Positions 17,370 to 26,387 of a stretch of DNA of 28,279 nucleotides are shown here, piece after piece. Positions within the stretch are counted from its first letter, which is position 1. Each line of letters starts with the position of its first letter. This stretch comes from a virus. The stretch spans positions 1 to 28,279 of IMG/VR virus record IMGVR_UViG_3300009285_004753. One strand, written 5' to 3'. The notes beneath the pieces were generated by a model. It saw nothing but the letters and a program-made list of their open reading frames with translations. It did no database searches and was not told where the DNA came from. The position numbers and the translations under genes were made by a program.

Positions 17370-18455
17370 CTACCCGAGCAGGATGTCGCCGGGCAGGATA
17401 GTCCGCGAGGGATGGATCACAACACCTACACGAGCGTGCGGGCTGCCGTCTGCCGACTCACCGCAGATCACCCACCCGCCGCTTCCATCCGCATCACCGG
17501 CAGATACATTCAGCAGCGCCGTCAAGCCGCGCTTAACATTCGTCGGCGACATCCGGAACTGTGTGCACATCAGCAGCAGTTCGGGCAGCGTATGCCGGAA
17601 TTTCCCGTCGGTCGCCAAGTACCGGATCACCCCGAGCAACGGACGGCGGAAGACGAGCCGGAGCGGAACCACCGCCGTCGGCGCATTCTTCCGATACTCT
17701 TCGGCAGAAGAGTACCACGGGATCTGGAGACTGTACTGCACGTACAGATCCCGCGCCCCCCGAGCCTTCGCGCGGTGCCCATTCAACGGACCCAGGCTCT
17801 GCAGCATTTCTGCTGAGAAACCAGCAGCCTGCGCCGCAGCCGGATCAACCGCCGGAATCACGGGCCGCTGAACCACAGGCGCAGCAACAGGGACGGATGC
17901 AGGGTCCGATACCGAACGCACCGGCTGCGAGGCCGCAGGTCGCTCCACGCCGCTCTCGGTTGTCACAGTCGCTGCTGTCGTTCGAGGCTGTCGCTTCCGG
18001 CGTCCCGACGGCATTACAACAGCCACCTGATTCGGAGTAGCAACTGTTGCCTGATTCGGAGTAGCAACTGTTGCCTGATTCGGAGGAAGCGCAGGCAGAA
18101 CGGGAGCCGCAGCAGCAGCGGGAGCAGGCGGCGGAAGAACCGGACCGGGCTGCGATGCAGCGGGGAGCGGGGGCGGCGCGGCAGCCGCCTGCGGCGTAGG
18201 CGCAGCAGCAGGTGCCGCCGACATCCCCATTTCCGCGGCGATAGCGTCCTGTGCTGCGACGAAGTCTTTCAGGATGCCCACGCGCAGCTTTCCTTCTCTC
18301 TGCGCCTGCCCCAGCAGCATGACGACCGGCATGGCGCGTACATTCCCACCTGCCGCAGCAAGCGTGGTGCACACACGAGCGGTGAGGTCCGCCGCCTCTG
18401 CTGCGTTGGTAGCGTATGAACGGATGACTGCTTCTACTGTAGCCAACGATGACAT
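17370..18455 (-). CDS. Hypothetical two-domain protein with Pro/Ala-rich linker
   Basis: 361 aa, AGGAGG SD, downstream of promoter motif. Confidence 0.8.
   Translation of the reverse strand: MSSLATVEAVIRSYATNAAEAADLTARVCTTLAAAGGNVRAMPVVMLLGQAQREGKLRVGILKDFVAAQDAIAAEMGMSAAPAAAPTPQAAAAPPPLPAASQPGPVLPPPAPAAAAAPVLPALPPNQATVATPNQATVATPNQVAVVMPSGRRKRQPRTTAATVTTESGVERPAASQPVRSVSDPASVPVAAPVVQRPVIPAVDPAAAQAAGFSAEMLQSLGPLNGHRAKARGARDLYVQYSLQIPWYSSAEEYRKNAPTAVVPLRLVFRRPLLGVIRYLATDGKFRHTLPELLLMCTQFRMSPTNVKRGLTALLNVSAGDADGSGGWVICGESADGSPHARVGVVIHPSRTILPGDILLG
18026..18085. repeat. 24-bp tandem repeat x2.5 encoding PNQATVAT
   Basis: cctgattcggagtagcaactgttg twice plus a 12-nt partial copy. Confidence 0.9.
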
Positions 18456-18479
18456 TTCTCCCTCCTATCACACGTTATC

Positions 18480-18503
18480 TATACCACAGAAACCAACAAC
18501 CAG
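18480..18503 (-). promoter_or_regulatory. Putative phage promoter, motif copy 4 (CTGGTT-N10-GTGGTATA)
   Basis: Intergenic, AT-rich; followed by GATAACGTGTG and AGGAGG. Confidence 0.6.
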
Positions 18504-18510
18504 TTATTCC

Positions 18511-21441
18511 TCACATCTGCCTCACTGTTGTCACACCACCAGACCGATGCGCAACCACGGTATTCGGGATCATCGTCTGCAACAGCACATTATGCGACGT
18601 AACGTACACAGCGAGACCCGACAGCATCTCACCGATCAGCGTCACGACCGCCCGGAGGCCGGAAGCGTCCAATCCGTCCAACACCTCATCCAGCCCGACG
18701 AACCGAACGTCCACGCCGCGGGACAACCGGTAAAGCCGGTTCAGAAGTAGCTGAACCAGCATATCAATCCGGCAGCGCTCCCCGCGAGAATGCCGCTCGT
18801 ACTTCCGACTACCGACAGACACCCCGATCTTCGTTCCGTTGCGGTGGATGATCTGGACCTTGCCGCCCGACCACACGCGCTGAGCGTTTAGTTCCAGCCA
18901 CCGGTTGACGGCAGCGATCCGGGCTTTAAGAATTTCACTCCGAACGCCATCCGTCGCTAACGCCTTGCACCACCAGTCGAGTACGACGTGTTTGTGCTGA
19001 GCGTCAGACAGTACAGAACGAGCAGCCGCCAACGCCGCAGCGTTTGACACTACATTACCAGTCCAAGTACGGACCAGCACATCGCGCTCGGCCTGCTGCC
19101 GCTGCTGACTGGTGATCAGTTGCTGAAGTGCTACCTGCTTGTCAGTCACGGGACGTAGCGCTGTATTGATCTCACGCTCTCGCAGGGTTCGAGCCGTTTC
19201 AGCCGTCTGAACAGCAGTCCGCTGTGTTGCCGCTACGGATACCCGAGTCTGCGCCCCCTGCACCCGCAGGTCCACCGACTGCATTTCACCGCGCAGCCTT
19301 GCACAAGCCTCGTCAAGTTTGCTGACCTCGTCAAGAAAATGAGACGGGGGACACTGTGACCGGCAAACAGGGCAGACACCGCGCTGAATCAGTCCGTCGA
19401 TCTCTGCGCGTCTCGCCTCAAAACCAGAGAGCGCCGCAGCGATCTTCGCCCGTTCTACATGCAGTGCGCTGACGTCTGCCGCCGCTGTTCTCTCCGACTC
19501 CCACAGCGACTGCTTCGTCTGCTGAGACAACTCCGCCTCTTGGCGCAGCAACTGCAACGACTCGCGGTGGCCGTCAACCTCAGCCGTGACTTCCTGCAGC
19601 CGGACGGAGCACGCCGCAATCTCGGCCCCGTGGTCGGGTTCTGCCTGCGCGCCGAGTAATGCCGACTCAGCAGATTGCAGCGCCGTCTGCGCCGCCTGAA
19701 CTACACCGGCAGACGTGTCCCTCCGGGCAGCAGCGTCTGCGGCTTCCTTTCGCACCAGCGCCGACTGCTGATCGTACCAGGCCATACCGAACGCGTCTTC
19801 CAACTGTCGAACACGATCCGCCGGCGAGAGCGACATGAACCTGTGCGTAGCATCATCACGCAACAACACGATCTGGCAGAACGTGTCGTAGTCCACGCCG
19901 ATCAAGTCAGCGATCATCTTCGTGGCATCAACAACCGCCTTTCCGGCGATACCTGGATTGTCGGCCCGTTGGGTTTCGACAGGCTCTGCCCCGAAGTACA
20001 AGCGCACATCAGGACCGCGCTTATCCCGCCCCCGCCACACAGTATAGATTGCACCGTTCACCACCAGCGTGATCACGACCGAGCATTCGTGCTGGCCTTC
20101 ACGGATGACCTCGTCCGTCTTCCCCTTCGGACTATCGCCGTACAAACCCCACTGAAGTGCCTCCAGCAATGACGACTTACCCGCCCCGTTCGAGTCGCCG
20201 GTAGTCCCAGCGTCGTCATTCTGCCCCAGGATCTGCGTCAGCCCAATTTGAGGACACCACGTTACATCGCCGAGCGTAGCGAAGTTGTGAATCACCGCGC
20301 GCTGAATCTCAATCCGCCTGCCGGTAACACCAGCACCGCTACCCTTACGCCGCGCCAGCAAAGCCTGCCCATACTCCATTACATCAGCGAACACAGCCTC
20401 GGGAGCACGCTCAACGGCGTATGACAGCACGATCGCGTCTTCATCCACATCATCTGCACCCGCAGCCACCTCTACTATCGGCGACACGCGCGGCATGGGG
20501 CGCCAACCGCGGCACAGTTCGCCGGCAACGCGTGCGGCATCCGACTCGGCCTCGTCGTGATACACCCGGACGAACAACCGCTCCGGATGCGGCTCGGTCA
20601 ATATCTCGGCTGGTGTCCGGTCTACAAACACAGGGCTGTACGGGTTCTCCACCCGCTTCACGTCCCACTGATCGGGATTGGCGTCCAGAATGATTGCGCC
20701 GCGGGGGATGCCTGTCGCCGGATCAAGAGCGTCATCGAACGACTGCGCGACTAACGACCCGGCATAGATGACGCGTGAAGTCGCAGGATCACCAGCAGGG
20801 CAATGGTAGTGCCCGTTGATCCAGTACCGTAGTTGTCCAGGCGCAGCGGCGGACAGGTCCAACCCCTGCGCTTCCGGCTTCGGCGAGTGAACAGAAAACT
20901 TCGCCCCCACGATCGATGCATGTCCGACCACCAGTTCGACCGGATGCTTCTTGGTACCGCCCCGATCGTTCGTCCCCTCACCAAGCAGCATCCGATCAAT
21001 CGGAACCGGGTACGTCGACATGCACGGCAGCGCCAACAGACCGAACTTGTAGCCGCTGCTACGCTTCCCGTAATCAGTCACGGTCATGTACTGCGGCTGC
21101 GCGACCATGTGGTCGCGCTGCACAAACGCCAACGCCCGGTCGCGCATCACCTCAGCGCGATAGTCATGGTTCCCGAGCAACTGAAAATAAGGTATCCCCT
21201 CAGAGACGGTCTGGTAGCACTGAGACGCCACGTACAGGACCGACTCGGTGATCGCGGCGGTACTGTCCAGCATGTCGCCGAGGTTCACGATCATCTGGAC
21301 GTTCTCTTGCGCCGCGAGATCCCGCAACCACTGAAATGAGTGAAGAATGTCGTGCAGATGATCTGTCAGTCCGTCTTCTGCGGGGCGAGAGAACTCAGTC
21401 CGCTCGGTAATGTGAGCGTCACCGAAGACTAGAATCTTCAT
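18511..21441 (-). CDS. Fused SbcD/Mre11 nuclease and SbcC/Rad50 ATPase
   Basis: Metallophosphoesterase motifs DAH, GD, GNHD, GH, GHYH; Walker A NGAGKS, coiled coil, CPVC Zn hook, HSRGE signature, LDEVLDGLD, TSH. Confidence 0.93.
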   Translation of the reverse strand: MKILVFGDAHITERTEFSRPAEDGLTDHLHDILHSFQWLRDLAAQENVQMIVNLGDMLDSTAAITESVLYVASQCYQTVSEGIPYFQLLGNHDYRAEVMRDRALAFVQRDHMVAQPQYMTVTDYGKRSSGYKFGLLALPCMSTYPVPIDRMLLGEGTNDRGGTKKHPVELVVGHASIVGAKFSVHSPKPEAQGLDLSAAAPGQLRYWINGHYHCPAGDPATSRVIYAGSLVAQSFDDALDPATGIPRGAIILDANPDQWDVKRVENPYSPVFVDRTPAEILTEPHPERLFVRVYHDEAESDAARVAGELCRGWRPMPRVSPIVEVAAGADDVDEDAIVLSYAVERAPEAVFADVMEYGQALLARRKGSGAGVTGRRIEIQRAVIHNFATLGDVTWCPQIGLTQILGQNDDAGTTGDSNGAGKSSLLEALQWGLYGDSPKGKTDEVIREGQHECSVVITLVVNGAIYTVWRGRDKRGPDVRLYFGAEPVETQRADNPGIAGKAVVDATKMIADLIGVDYDTFCQIVLLRDDATHRFMSLSPADRVRQLEDAFGMAWYDQQSALVRKEAADAAARRDTSAGVVQAAQTALQSAESALLGAQAEPDHGAEIAACSVRLQEVTAEVDGHRESLQLLRQEAELSQQTKQSLWESERTAAADVSALHVERAKIAAALSGFEARRAEIDGLIQRGVCPVCRSQCPPSHFLDEVSKLDEACARLRGEMQSVDLRVQGAQTRVSVAATQRTAVQTAETARTLREREINTALRPVTDKQVALQQLITSQQRQQAERDVLVRTWTGNVVSNAAALAAARSVLSDAQHKHVVLDWWCKALATDGVRSEILKARIAAVNRWLELNAQRVWSGGKVQIIHRNGTKIGVSVGSRKYERHSRGERCRIDMLVQLLLNRLYRLSRGVDVRFVGLDEVLDGLDASGLRAVVTLIGEMLSGLAVYVTSHNVLLQTMIPNTVVAHRSGGVTTVRQM

Positions 21442-21716
21442 TCTGTCACACCGACGCTAGAGTCGTCCCGCCCCTGTGCGTACTCCTTGCTCTCGGCGCG
21501 AACCAGAGCGCGACACGCAGCCAAGCACTCGGGCAGGCGGAGCAACCGATTGTCCTGCCCGTCCAAGATCTTGTTCCAGACCTGGCAGATCCAAAGCGTT
21601 CCAAGTTTCCGCTCCCGCAGAAAATTGCAGCACCCGATAGAAAGAGTCGAGCGGATACAGTGTCGCGCTCCCGCCTGCGGCCCCAAGCCCAGCATAATAC
21701 ACTGATTGCGTCGCAT
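21438..21716 (-). CDS. Small Cys-rich hypothetical protein
   Basis: GAGGT SD, ATGA coupling to the SbcCD fusion; 7 Cys. Confidence 0.6.
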   Translation of the reverse strand: MRRNQCIMLGLGPQAGARHCIRSTLSIGCCNFLRERKLGTLWICQVWNKILDGQDNRLLRLPECLAACRALVRAESKEYAQGRDDSSVGVTE

Positions 21717-21722
21717 GAGTTT

Positions 21723-22652
21723 CTACCTCAATCGCTGGAACGGGATCAACCAACCAGGCAACTGCTCGATCAGGCTCTGACATTCGTATGCCACGAGCAG
21801 AGACATCAGATCCTCGATACGAACAGCGGCACGCTCACCGCCCATCGACTGAACGCACGCCTGCTGCGCCTCAGCAGGCTCGAACTTCTCCTGCGAGATC
21901 TCCATCAGTTGCATGTTCCGGGTTACCACATCCCAGTTATCTGCAATCTTTCGTATCCGCTTGTCGGCAGACGTGTTGCAGAATAACCGGTATGCTTCGC
22001 ACAAGTTGGCGCCTGCCACAGAAGTAACCGCAGTATGCGCTGTCTTCTCGCCGACCCCCTCGATGCCGGGGATACGGTCTGAAGCATCGCCCGTTGTCGC
22101 CCTGTAGAGCAACCAATGCCCCCAAGTGATCCCGCCGGTCACGCCCGGAAACGTGTCGATCCGTACCACCTGTTGTGCCATCGGGCGGTACACCCAGATA
22201 TTGCGCGAAACCAGTTGGTACATATCCTTGTCGTCACTGACAATGACGACCAACTCCCCCTGATTCTCGGCCTTCGTCGCCAACAACCCGATCAAGTCAT
22301 CAGCTTCACGGTGCTTCAACTCCACAGACCGGACACCGAGTGTCGGGGCCAGCGACTGTAACAGATCTCGGTTTTCCCGAAACATGGTCATGTACGCTGC
22401 ATGCTCTGCGACGTCCACCGCCTCGCGTACCTTGTAGTTCGGGTAGATCTTCCGCCGACGTTGCGAGATCCCGCCGTCGAATACCAGCACAACACGATCA
22501 CACAGCGGAAACCGGTCGAGCGTATCGTGAATGCCGCGCAGCACACCGAGAGCACCCCCAGTCGAAGCCCCCCAAGAAGAACGCAGGATCGATAGTTCCT
22601 TGACGTGTGCTGCCCGGTGCAGCATGTAATGGGCGTCAATCAGGGCGATCAT
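21723..22652 (-). CDS. 5'-3' exonuclease / flap endonuclease (T4 RNase H, T5 D15-like)
   Basis: LIDAH, VFDGG, R...YP.YK..R, EADDLIG, SDDKD..QL, GDASD.IPGI.GVGEKTA. Confidence 0.95.
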   Translation of the reverse strand: MIALIDAHYMLHRAAHVKELSILRSSWGASTGGALGVLRGIHDTLDRFPLCDRVVLVFDGGISQRRRKIYPNYKVREAVDVAEHAAYMTMFRENRDLLQSLAPTLGVRSVELKHREADDLIGLLATKAENQGELVVIVSDDKDMYQLVSRNIWVYRPMAQQVVRIDTFPGVTGGITWGHWLLYRATTGDASDRIPGIEGVGEKTAHTAVTSVAGANLCEAYRLFCNTSADKRIRKIADNWDVVTRNMQLMEISQEKFEPAEAQQACVQSMGGERAAVRIEDLMSLLVAYECQSLIEQLPGWLIPFQRLR

Positions 22653-22819
22653 TCGTGGTTCTCCGCGTCACGCAAGAACGCAGCGATCAACTGCTCCCTT
22701 GTCAGGCTACAACCCTGCCAGTTCTGCACCATCTCAGGGTCGGTCACTTCGTCGCACAGCCGAATCCCCCTCGACTCCAACCACAGAAGAAACAGAGTCA
22801 GGTCTTTAGCGTCGATCAT
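22649..22819 (-). CDS. Small hypothetical phage protein (56 aa)
   Basis: ATGA overlaps at both ends; FL.WL...GI.LC...EQL.A.F pattern. Confidence 0.6.
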   Translation of the reverse strand: MIDAKDLTLFLLWLESRGIRLCDEVTDPEMVQNWQGCSLTREQLIAAFLRDAENHE

Positions 22820-23919
22820 GGGAGCCTCAGCAATTGATACGCCGCGCCCTGCCACATCTTCAACATCCCGTCGTGCTCTCCGACCAAGCGCGGTATCTCC
22901 TGATGCCGGCAACGCACCGTCTCGCCCGCCGGTGTAAGTACGCTGAACCACCCGCCATCCTGATCGACGTACCGATCCTTGCGCTCGGGGTGCACCAGTT
23001 TCTGCCGGTACAACGTGTCTGACAGCGTGAACACTTCGTCTACTCCGTGATCGAACGTAATCACGATGTCTGCACTGTCGAATGGGCGAAACAGGTTACT
23101 CTTGATCACGCGAACCTGACTGACAATCCCCAGGACTTCGCCCCCACACTTGTACTTGCCCTTACTCTGGACCTCTAGCCGGATCGACGACATGAATTTT
23201 GGCGCGCCACCGCCGGGAGTTGTTGTTGTCGGGCCGAACATCTTCTGCCCCGGCTTCGGGATCTTCTGGATCACCTGGTTGAGTAGCACCACAGCCACCT
23301 TGTGCTGATAGATGATTACAGTCAGCTTTCGTAAGCACTCACGCAGCGTCCGCGCCGATGCGGCCATACCGTGGCGTTTCTGCTTCGGTTTCCCCTCGCC
23401 ATCTTCCTCAGCATCGGACTCGGGCGATTCAAGCTCGGCGTCCAACTCTGCTTCCAACGAGGACATCGCGATCGTGTCCCACACAACTAGGATCGGGCAC
23501 GCCATGTCCACTGTGCGGATGCGCAAGATGATTTCCTGCAATCCAGCGAATACGTCTTCCAGAGAACACGGAGGAATCACCACAGTCAGCGCGAGGTTCA
23601 CTCCCATCTGCCGCGCGCGTTTGGGGTTCCAAGCGTTCTCCGCGTTCACGTAAACGCAGTACCCGCCTTCAGAGTTACACCCCGCCATTGCTTGATACGC
23701 GAGCGACGTCTTGCCCTGACTCACCTCGCCGAACACCTCGACGAACCTGCTAACCGGCAATCCGCCGCGCAGCAGCAGGTTCAGCACCGTATTACCTGTC
23801 GTGATGACAGGCACCTCGAAGTTCTCGTACACACTGCCGAGGAGAATATTCGGATGCGTCTCAGCAATACCGAGGAGGACGTCAATTACGCTCGGAGTGT
23901 CTTTCTTTTTCTTCGCCAC
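22816..23919 (-). CDS. recA: RecA/UvsX-like recombinase
   Basis: TG...LN.LL.GGLP, GEVSQGKT, LVVWDTI, LLNQ, TPGG.A.KF.SSIRL; GTG 23919 with AAGGGG SD just after the SSB stop. Confidence 0.95.
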   Translation of the reverse strand: MAKKKKDTPSVIDVLLGIAETHPNILLGSVYENFEVPVITTGNTVLNLLLRGGLPVSRFVEVFGEVSQGKTSLAYQAMAGCNSEGGYCVYVNAENAWNPKRARQMGVNLALTVVIPPCSLEDVFAGLQEIILRIRTVDMACPILVVWDTIAMSSLEAELDAELESPESDAEEDGEGKPKQKRHGMAASARTLRECLRKLTVIIYQHKVAVVLLNQVIQKIPKPGQKMFGPTTTTPGGGAPKFMSSIRLEVQSKGKYKCGGEVLGIVSQVRVIKSNLFRPFDSADIVITFDHGVDEVFTLSDTLYRQKLVHPERKDRYVDQDGGWFSVLTPAGETVRCRHQEIPRLVGEHDGMLKMWQGAAYQLLRLP

Positions 23920-23930
23920 AGAGCCGCCCC

Positions 23931-24992
23931 TTACCGAAGCGGCTGCGCCGCTCTGGACGCCCGGCGCTGAATACACTGGATCTCATGCGGACACCGGCTG
24001 CACGCCCCGTCCAGCCGCATCGTCCCCATGCACTGCGGCTCGCCAAGCGCCTGATTCAGCGCCTGCGTTGCGTTCTGCGGCGCGGCCATCTGCTGCGGTG
24101 CCTGCGGGAATGCCGGTGCCTGCTGCGGTGCCTGCGGGAATGCCGGTGCCTGCTGCGGTGCCTGCGGGAATGCCGGTGCCTGCGGGAATGCCGGTGCCTG
24201 CTGCGGTGCCTGCGGGAATGCCGGAGCCTGCTGCGGTGCCTGCGGGAATGCCGGAGCCTGCTGCGGTGCTGCAGCGGCGCCTTCCCGCGGCTTCGACAGC
24301 AAGAACGTCTTGGCCTTCGCCGCCAAGACCAACATCCGACTGGCGTCGTCATTGTTCCAGCGCAGGAATGCGTCGAGGTCTGCCATCTGCTTCACGATCT
24401 GGTCCACCCACGCCTGATCTTTCGGGTGCGCCTGCGGCAGAAACGTTGACACATACTCCACATCCTGCGGCCGTTTCCCCTTGATCTTTTTCGTCACGGA
24501 GACGAGCACCCCCCGCATCGGGTTCGTAATATCCCCGACATGGGGGGACATCATCTGCAGCGTCATCCAGTTCCGGAAAGACTGCGGGAACTGAACCAGC
24601 GTGACCGTATCGTCACCCCTGGGTCCGTTCCACGGCAGCGTGCACTGCGTGTACCACTTCGCGCGAGCCACAGACTGCCCGAGATCGAGATCAGGCCGGA
24701 CGGCCTGAATCTCGTTGAGGTCCGAACAGCCCTGGCACACCAACCCGGCCTCCGGGTATGTCAACTGCGGGCAGCGGCACGGCTCCCGCTCAGCGCCGTA
24801 GAAATGCGTGTAAACCATCTTGCCCGTCGCGCCCGCAGCGTTGTACGCCCACAGCAGCCGAAAGACCTGCTCCCCCTCGACCCAGTCGTACCGCGGCAGA
24901 CCGTCAGAATTGAACGCTGCCGCCCTCTCCTTCGCCGCCTGCGCTTCCTGCGCTACTGCATTCATGTTCGGTGCGAAATACTGCTGTACCAT
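23931..24992 (-). CDS. gp32-like single-stranded DNA-binding protein
   Basis: G...FRLL, H...C.CP...C..C Zn motif, GDIT.P..G....VTK...Y; position next to RecA and UvsY-like genes. Confidence 0.75.
   Translation of the reverse strand: MVQQYFAPNMNAVAQEAQAAKERAAAFNSDGLPRYDWVEGEQVFRLLWAYNAAGATGKMVYTHFYGAEREPCRCPQLTYPEAGLVCQGCSDLNEIQAVRPDLDLGQSVARAKWYTQCTLPWNGPRGDDTVTLVQFPQSFRNWMTLQMMSPHVGDITNPMRGVLVSVTKKIKGKRPQDVEYVSTFLPQAHPKDQAWVDQIVKQMADLDAFLRWNNDDASRMLVLAAKAKTFLLSKPREGAAAAPQQAPAFPQAPQQAPAFPQAPQQAPAFPQAPAFPQAPQQAPAFPQAPQQAPAFPQAPQQMAAPQNATQALNQALGEPQCMGTMRLDGACSRCPHEIQCIQRRASRAAQPLR
24091..24269. repeat. 30-bp coding VNTR (APAFPQAPQQ), 5 full units + one 18-bp unit + partial
   Basis: tgctgcggtgcctgcgggaatgccggWgcc at 24091, 24121, 24151, 24199 and 24229; 18-bp unit at 24181. 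Confidence 0.95.
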
Positions 24993-25004
24993 GCTGGTAT
25001 CCCC

Positions 25005-25889
25005 CTATGCCTGTGTCAGTTGTGTGACATACGCTCTATGCACGGCTGCAGCACGGAAGAATGTGCTCTCCCGCCCGGAGCGCCAAACTTCCAACTGCTG
25101 CGTCGGTTCTACTTTCTTGGGATTCGCATACTCAGGATACGCACTGAGTTCATGCATGAACCAAGAACGGAGGTTATCTGTGTCAAACGTCTTGACAGTC
25201 ACTTCGGCCGCAGCGCCGGGGAACCCAGACTCGATGTACACCTTCAGAAGCCCGGCATACACGCGCAGCCATCGAGTTCGGCTCACGACGCGGACAGTCC
25301 GTCTTGTCCGCCACCAAATAGCCCCCGCTTCGTCGGGCGAATGCCGCACCTCAGCGTGCCCGACGTTCGGCACTAGCGCCCGCGGGTCACACCACGCGTA
25401 CCCGACACTATTCACCGAACAACGCGCCCCGACAAACGACTGGTGAGAGCCGGAGTCTTTCAGCATGTGATCGATAATCCCGATCGTGTGGCACACAAAC
25501 CGGATCTCAGCATTCGCCGGGTCAGGGCCGCAACGTTCGACCAGCCACCGCAGATGCCCCAAGCGCTCTGTCAACAACTGAAGACCCCAAGCCGGCAATT
25601 CCTGCACGACCAAGTCCCCGCTATCCGACGGCGGGAAATGGAAGGGTACCCATACGCTCGCTGTCTTATGCTCGGGAGCCTCCCAGTACGCGTAATCCTG
25701 CGTCGGGGCCAACGACACATACCTGCACGGCAGCGCAGCCCGTGTAAGGCATACGACCGGCGGTACCAGGCCCGGCAGATAATCATCGACCGCCTGCGAA
25801 GCCCAAGCGATCTCCGCAATCAACGGCTCAGGAATGCCCGCCTTACGACAGACCCAAATCGTCCCGAGGTAGTGATCAGGGAACTGCAT
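25005..25889 (-). CDS. DUF6765-like protein (putative Zn-dependent phospholipase C / P1 nuclease-like fold)
   Basis: HY..T...CRKAG......IAWASQAVDD, WVPFHF.P, GI..H...DS.SHQ.F.G, VGHAE....PD. Confidence 0.7.
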   Translation of the reverse strand: MQFPDHYLGTIWVCRKAGIPEPLIAEIAWASQAVDDYLPGLVPPVVCLTRAALPCRYVSLAPTQDYAYWEAPEHKTASVWVPFHFPPSDSGDLVVQELPAWGLQLLTERLGHLRWLVERCGPDPANAEIRFVCHTIGIIDHMLKDSGSHQSFVGARCSVNSVGYAWCDPRALVPNVGHAEVRHSPDEAGAIWWRTRRTVRVVSRTRWLRVYAGLLKVYIESGFPGAAAEVTVKTFDTDNLRSWFMHELSAYPEYANPKKVEPTQQLEVWRSGRESTFFRAAAVHRAYVTQLTQA

Positions 25890-26368
25890 CAGACCCCGCC
25901 CTCTCGCCGTCTATTGCGACTGATCTCGATCAGGAAATCCTTACGATCAGTCAACAGATTCCGGACAGACCACGCTGCGTTCTTCACCGCCTCCAACTGG
26001 ATCATCTGCCACTCCCAAGAGTCGGCATCGGCACGATCAGCAGCAGCGGACTTCACCTCGTCATTTGAAATCCGCGACCCGGCGGAGCTATACTCCTTCC
26101 GCATCGCCCGAGCATACTGCCGCTCCGACTTCTTGGCGCTGTACTCAATCTGGCGCAGTTTCGTTCCGGCTTCGTTCAGGACGGCACACACGCCCGCGAA
26201 TGCCTCGCCGTGGTGCACGAACTCAAACGAGTCCATCTGCGTAGAATAGCCGCAGCACAGGACGGCGTACAAATGGTCGAACAATTGTGGGTGGGGATGA
26301 ACACCCACCTGCACCGCCCCGTCGAGCAACTGGTTGATCAGGATTTCCTGCGCCGTCTGCGACATCAC
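25889..26368 (-). CDS. UvsY-like recombination mediator (putative)
   Basis: Helical 159 aa; ISNDEVKS...RKDFLIEISRNRRRE C-terminus resembles UvsY-like proteins; context with SSB and RecA. Confidence 0.55.
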   Translation of the reverse strand: MMSQTAQEILINQLLDGAVQVGVHPHPQLFDHLYAVLCCGYSTQMDSFEFVHHGEAFAGVCAVLNEAGTKLRQIEYSAKKSERQYARAMRKEYSSAGSRISNDEVKSAAADRADADSWEWQMIQLEAVKNAAWSVRNLLTDRKDFLIEISRNRRREGGV

Positions 26369-26387
26369 GCCCCCCTACAACCGCACA

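Noticed and set aside
24091-24269. 30-bp repeats as a CRISPR array
   Set aside because: Head-to-tail with no spacers, in frame within a CDS, and no cas genes.
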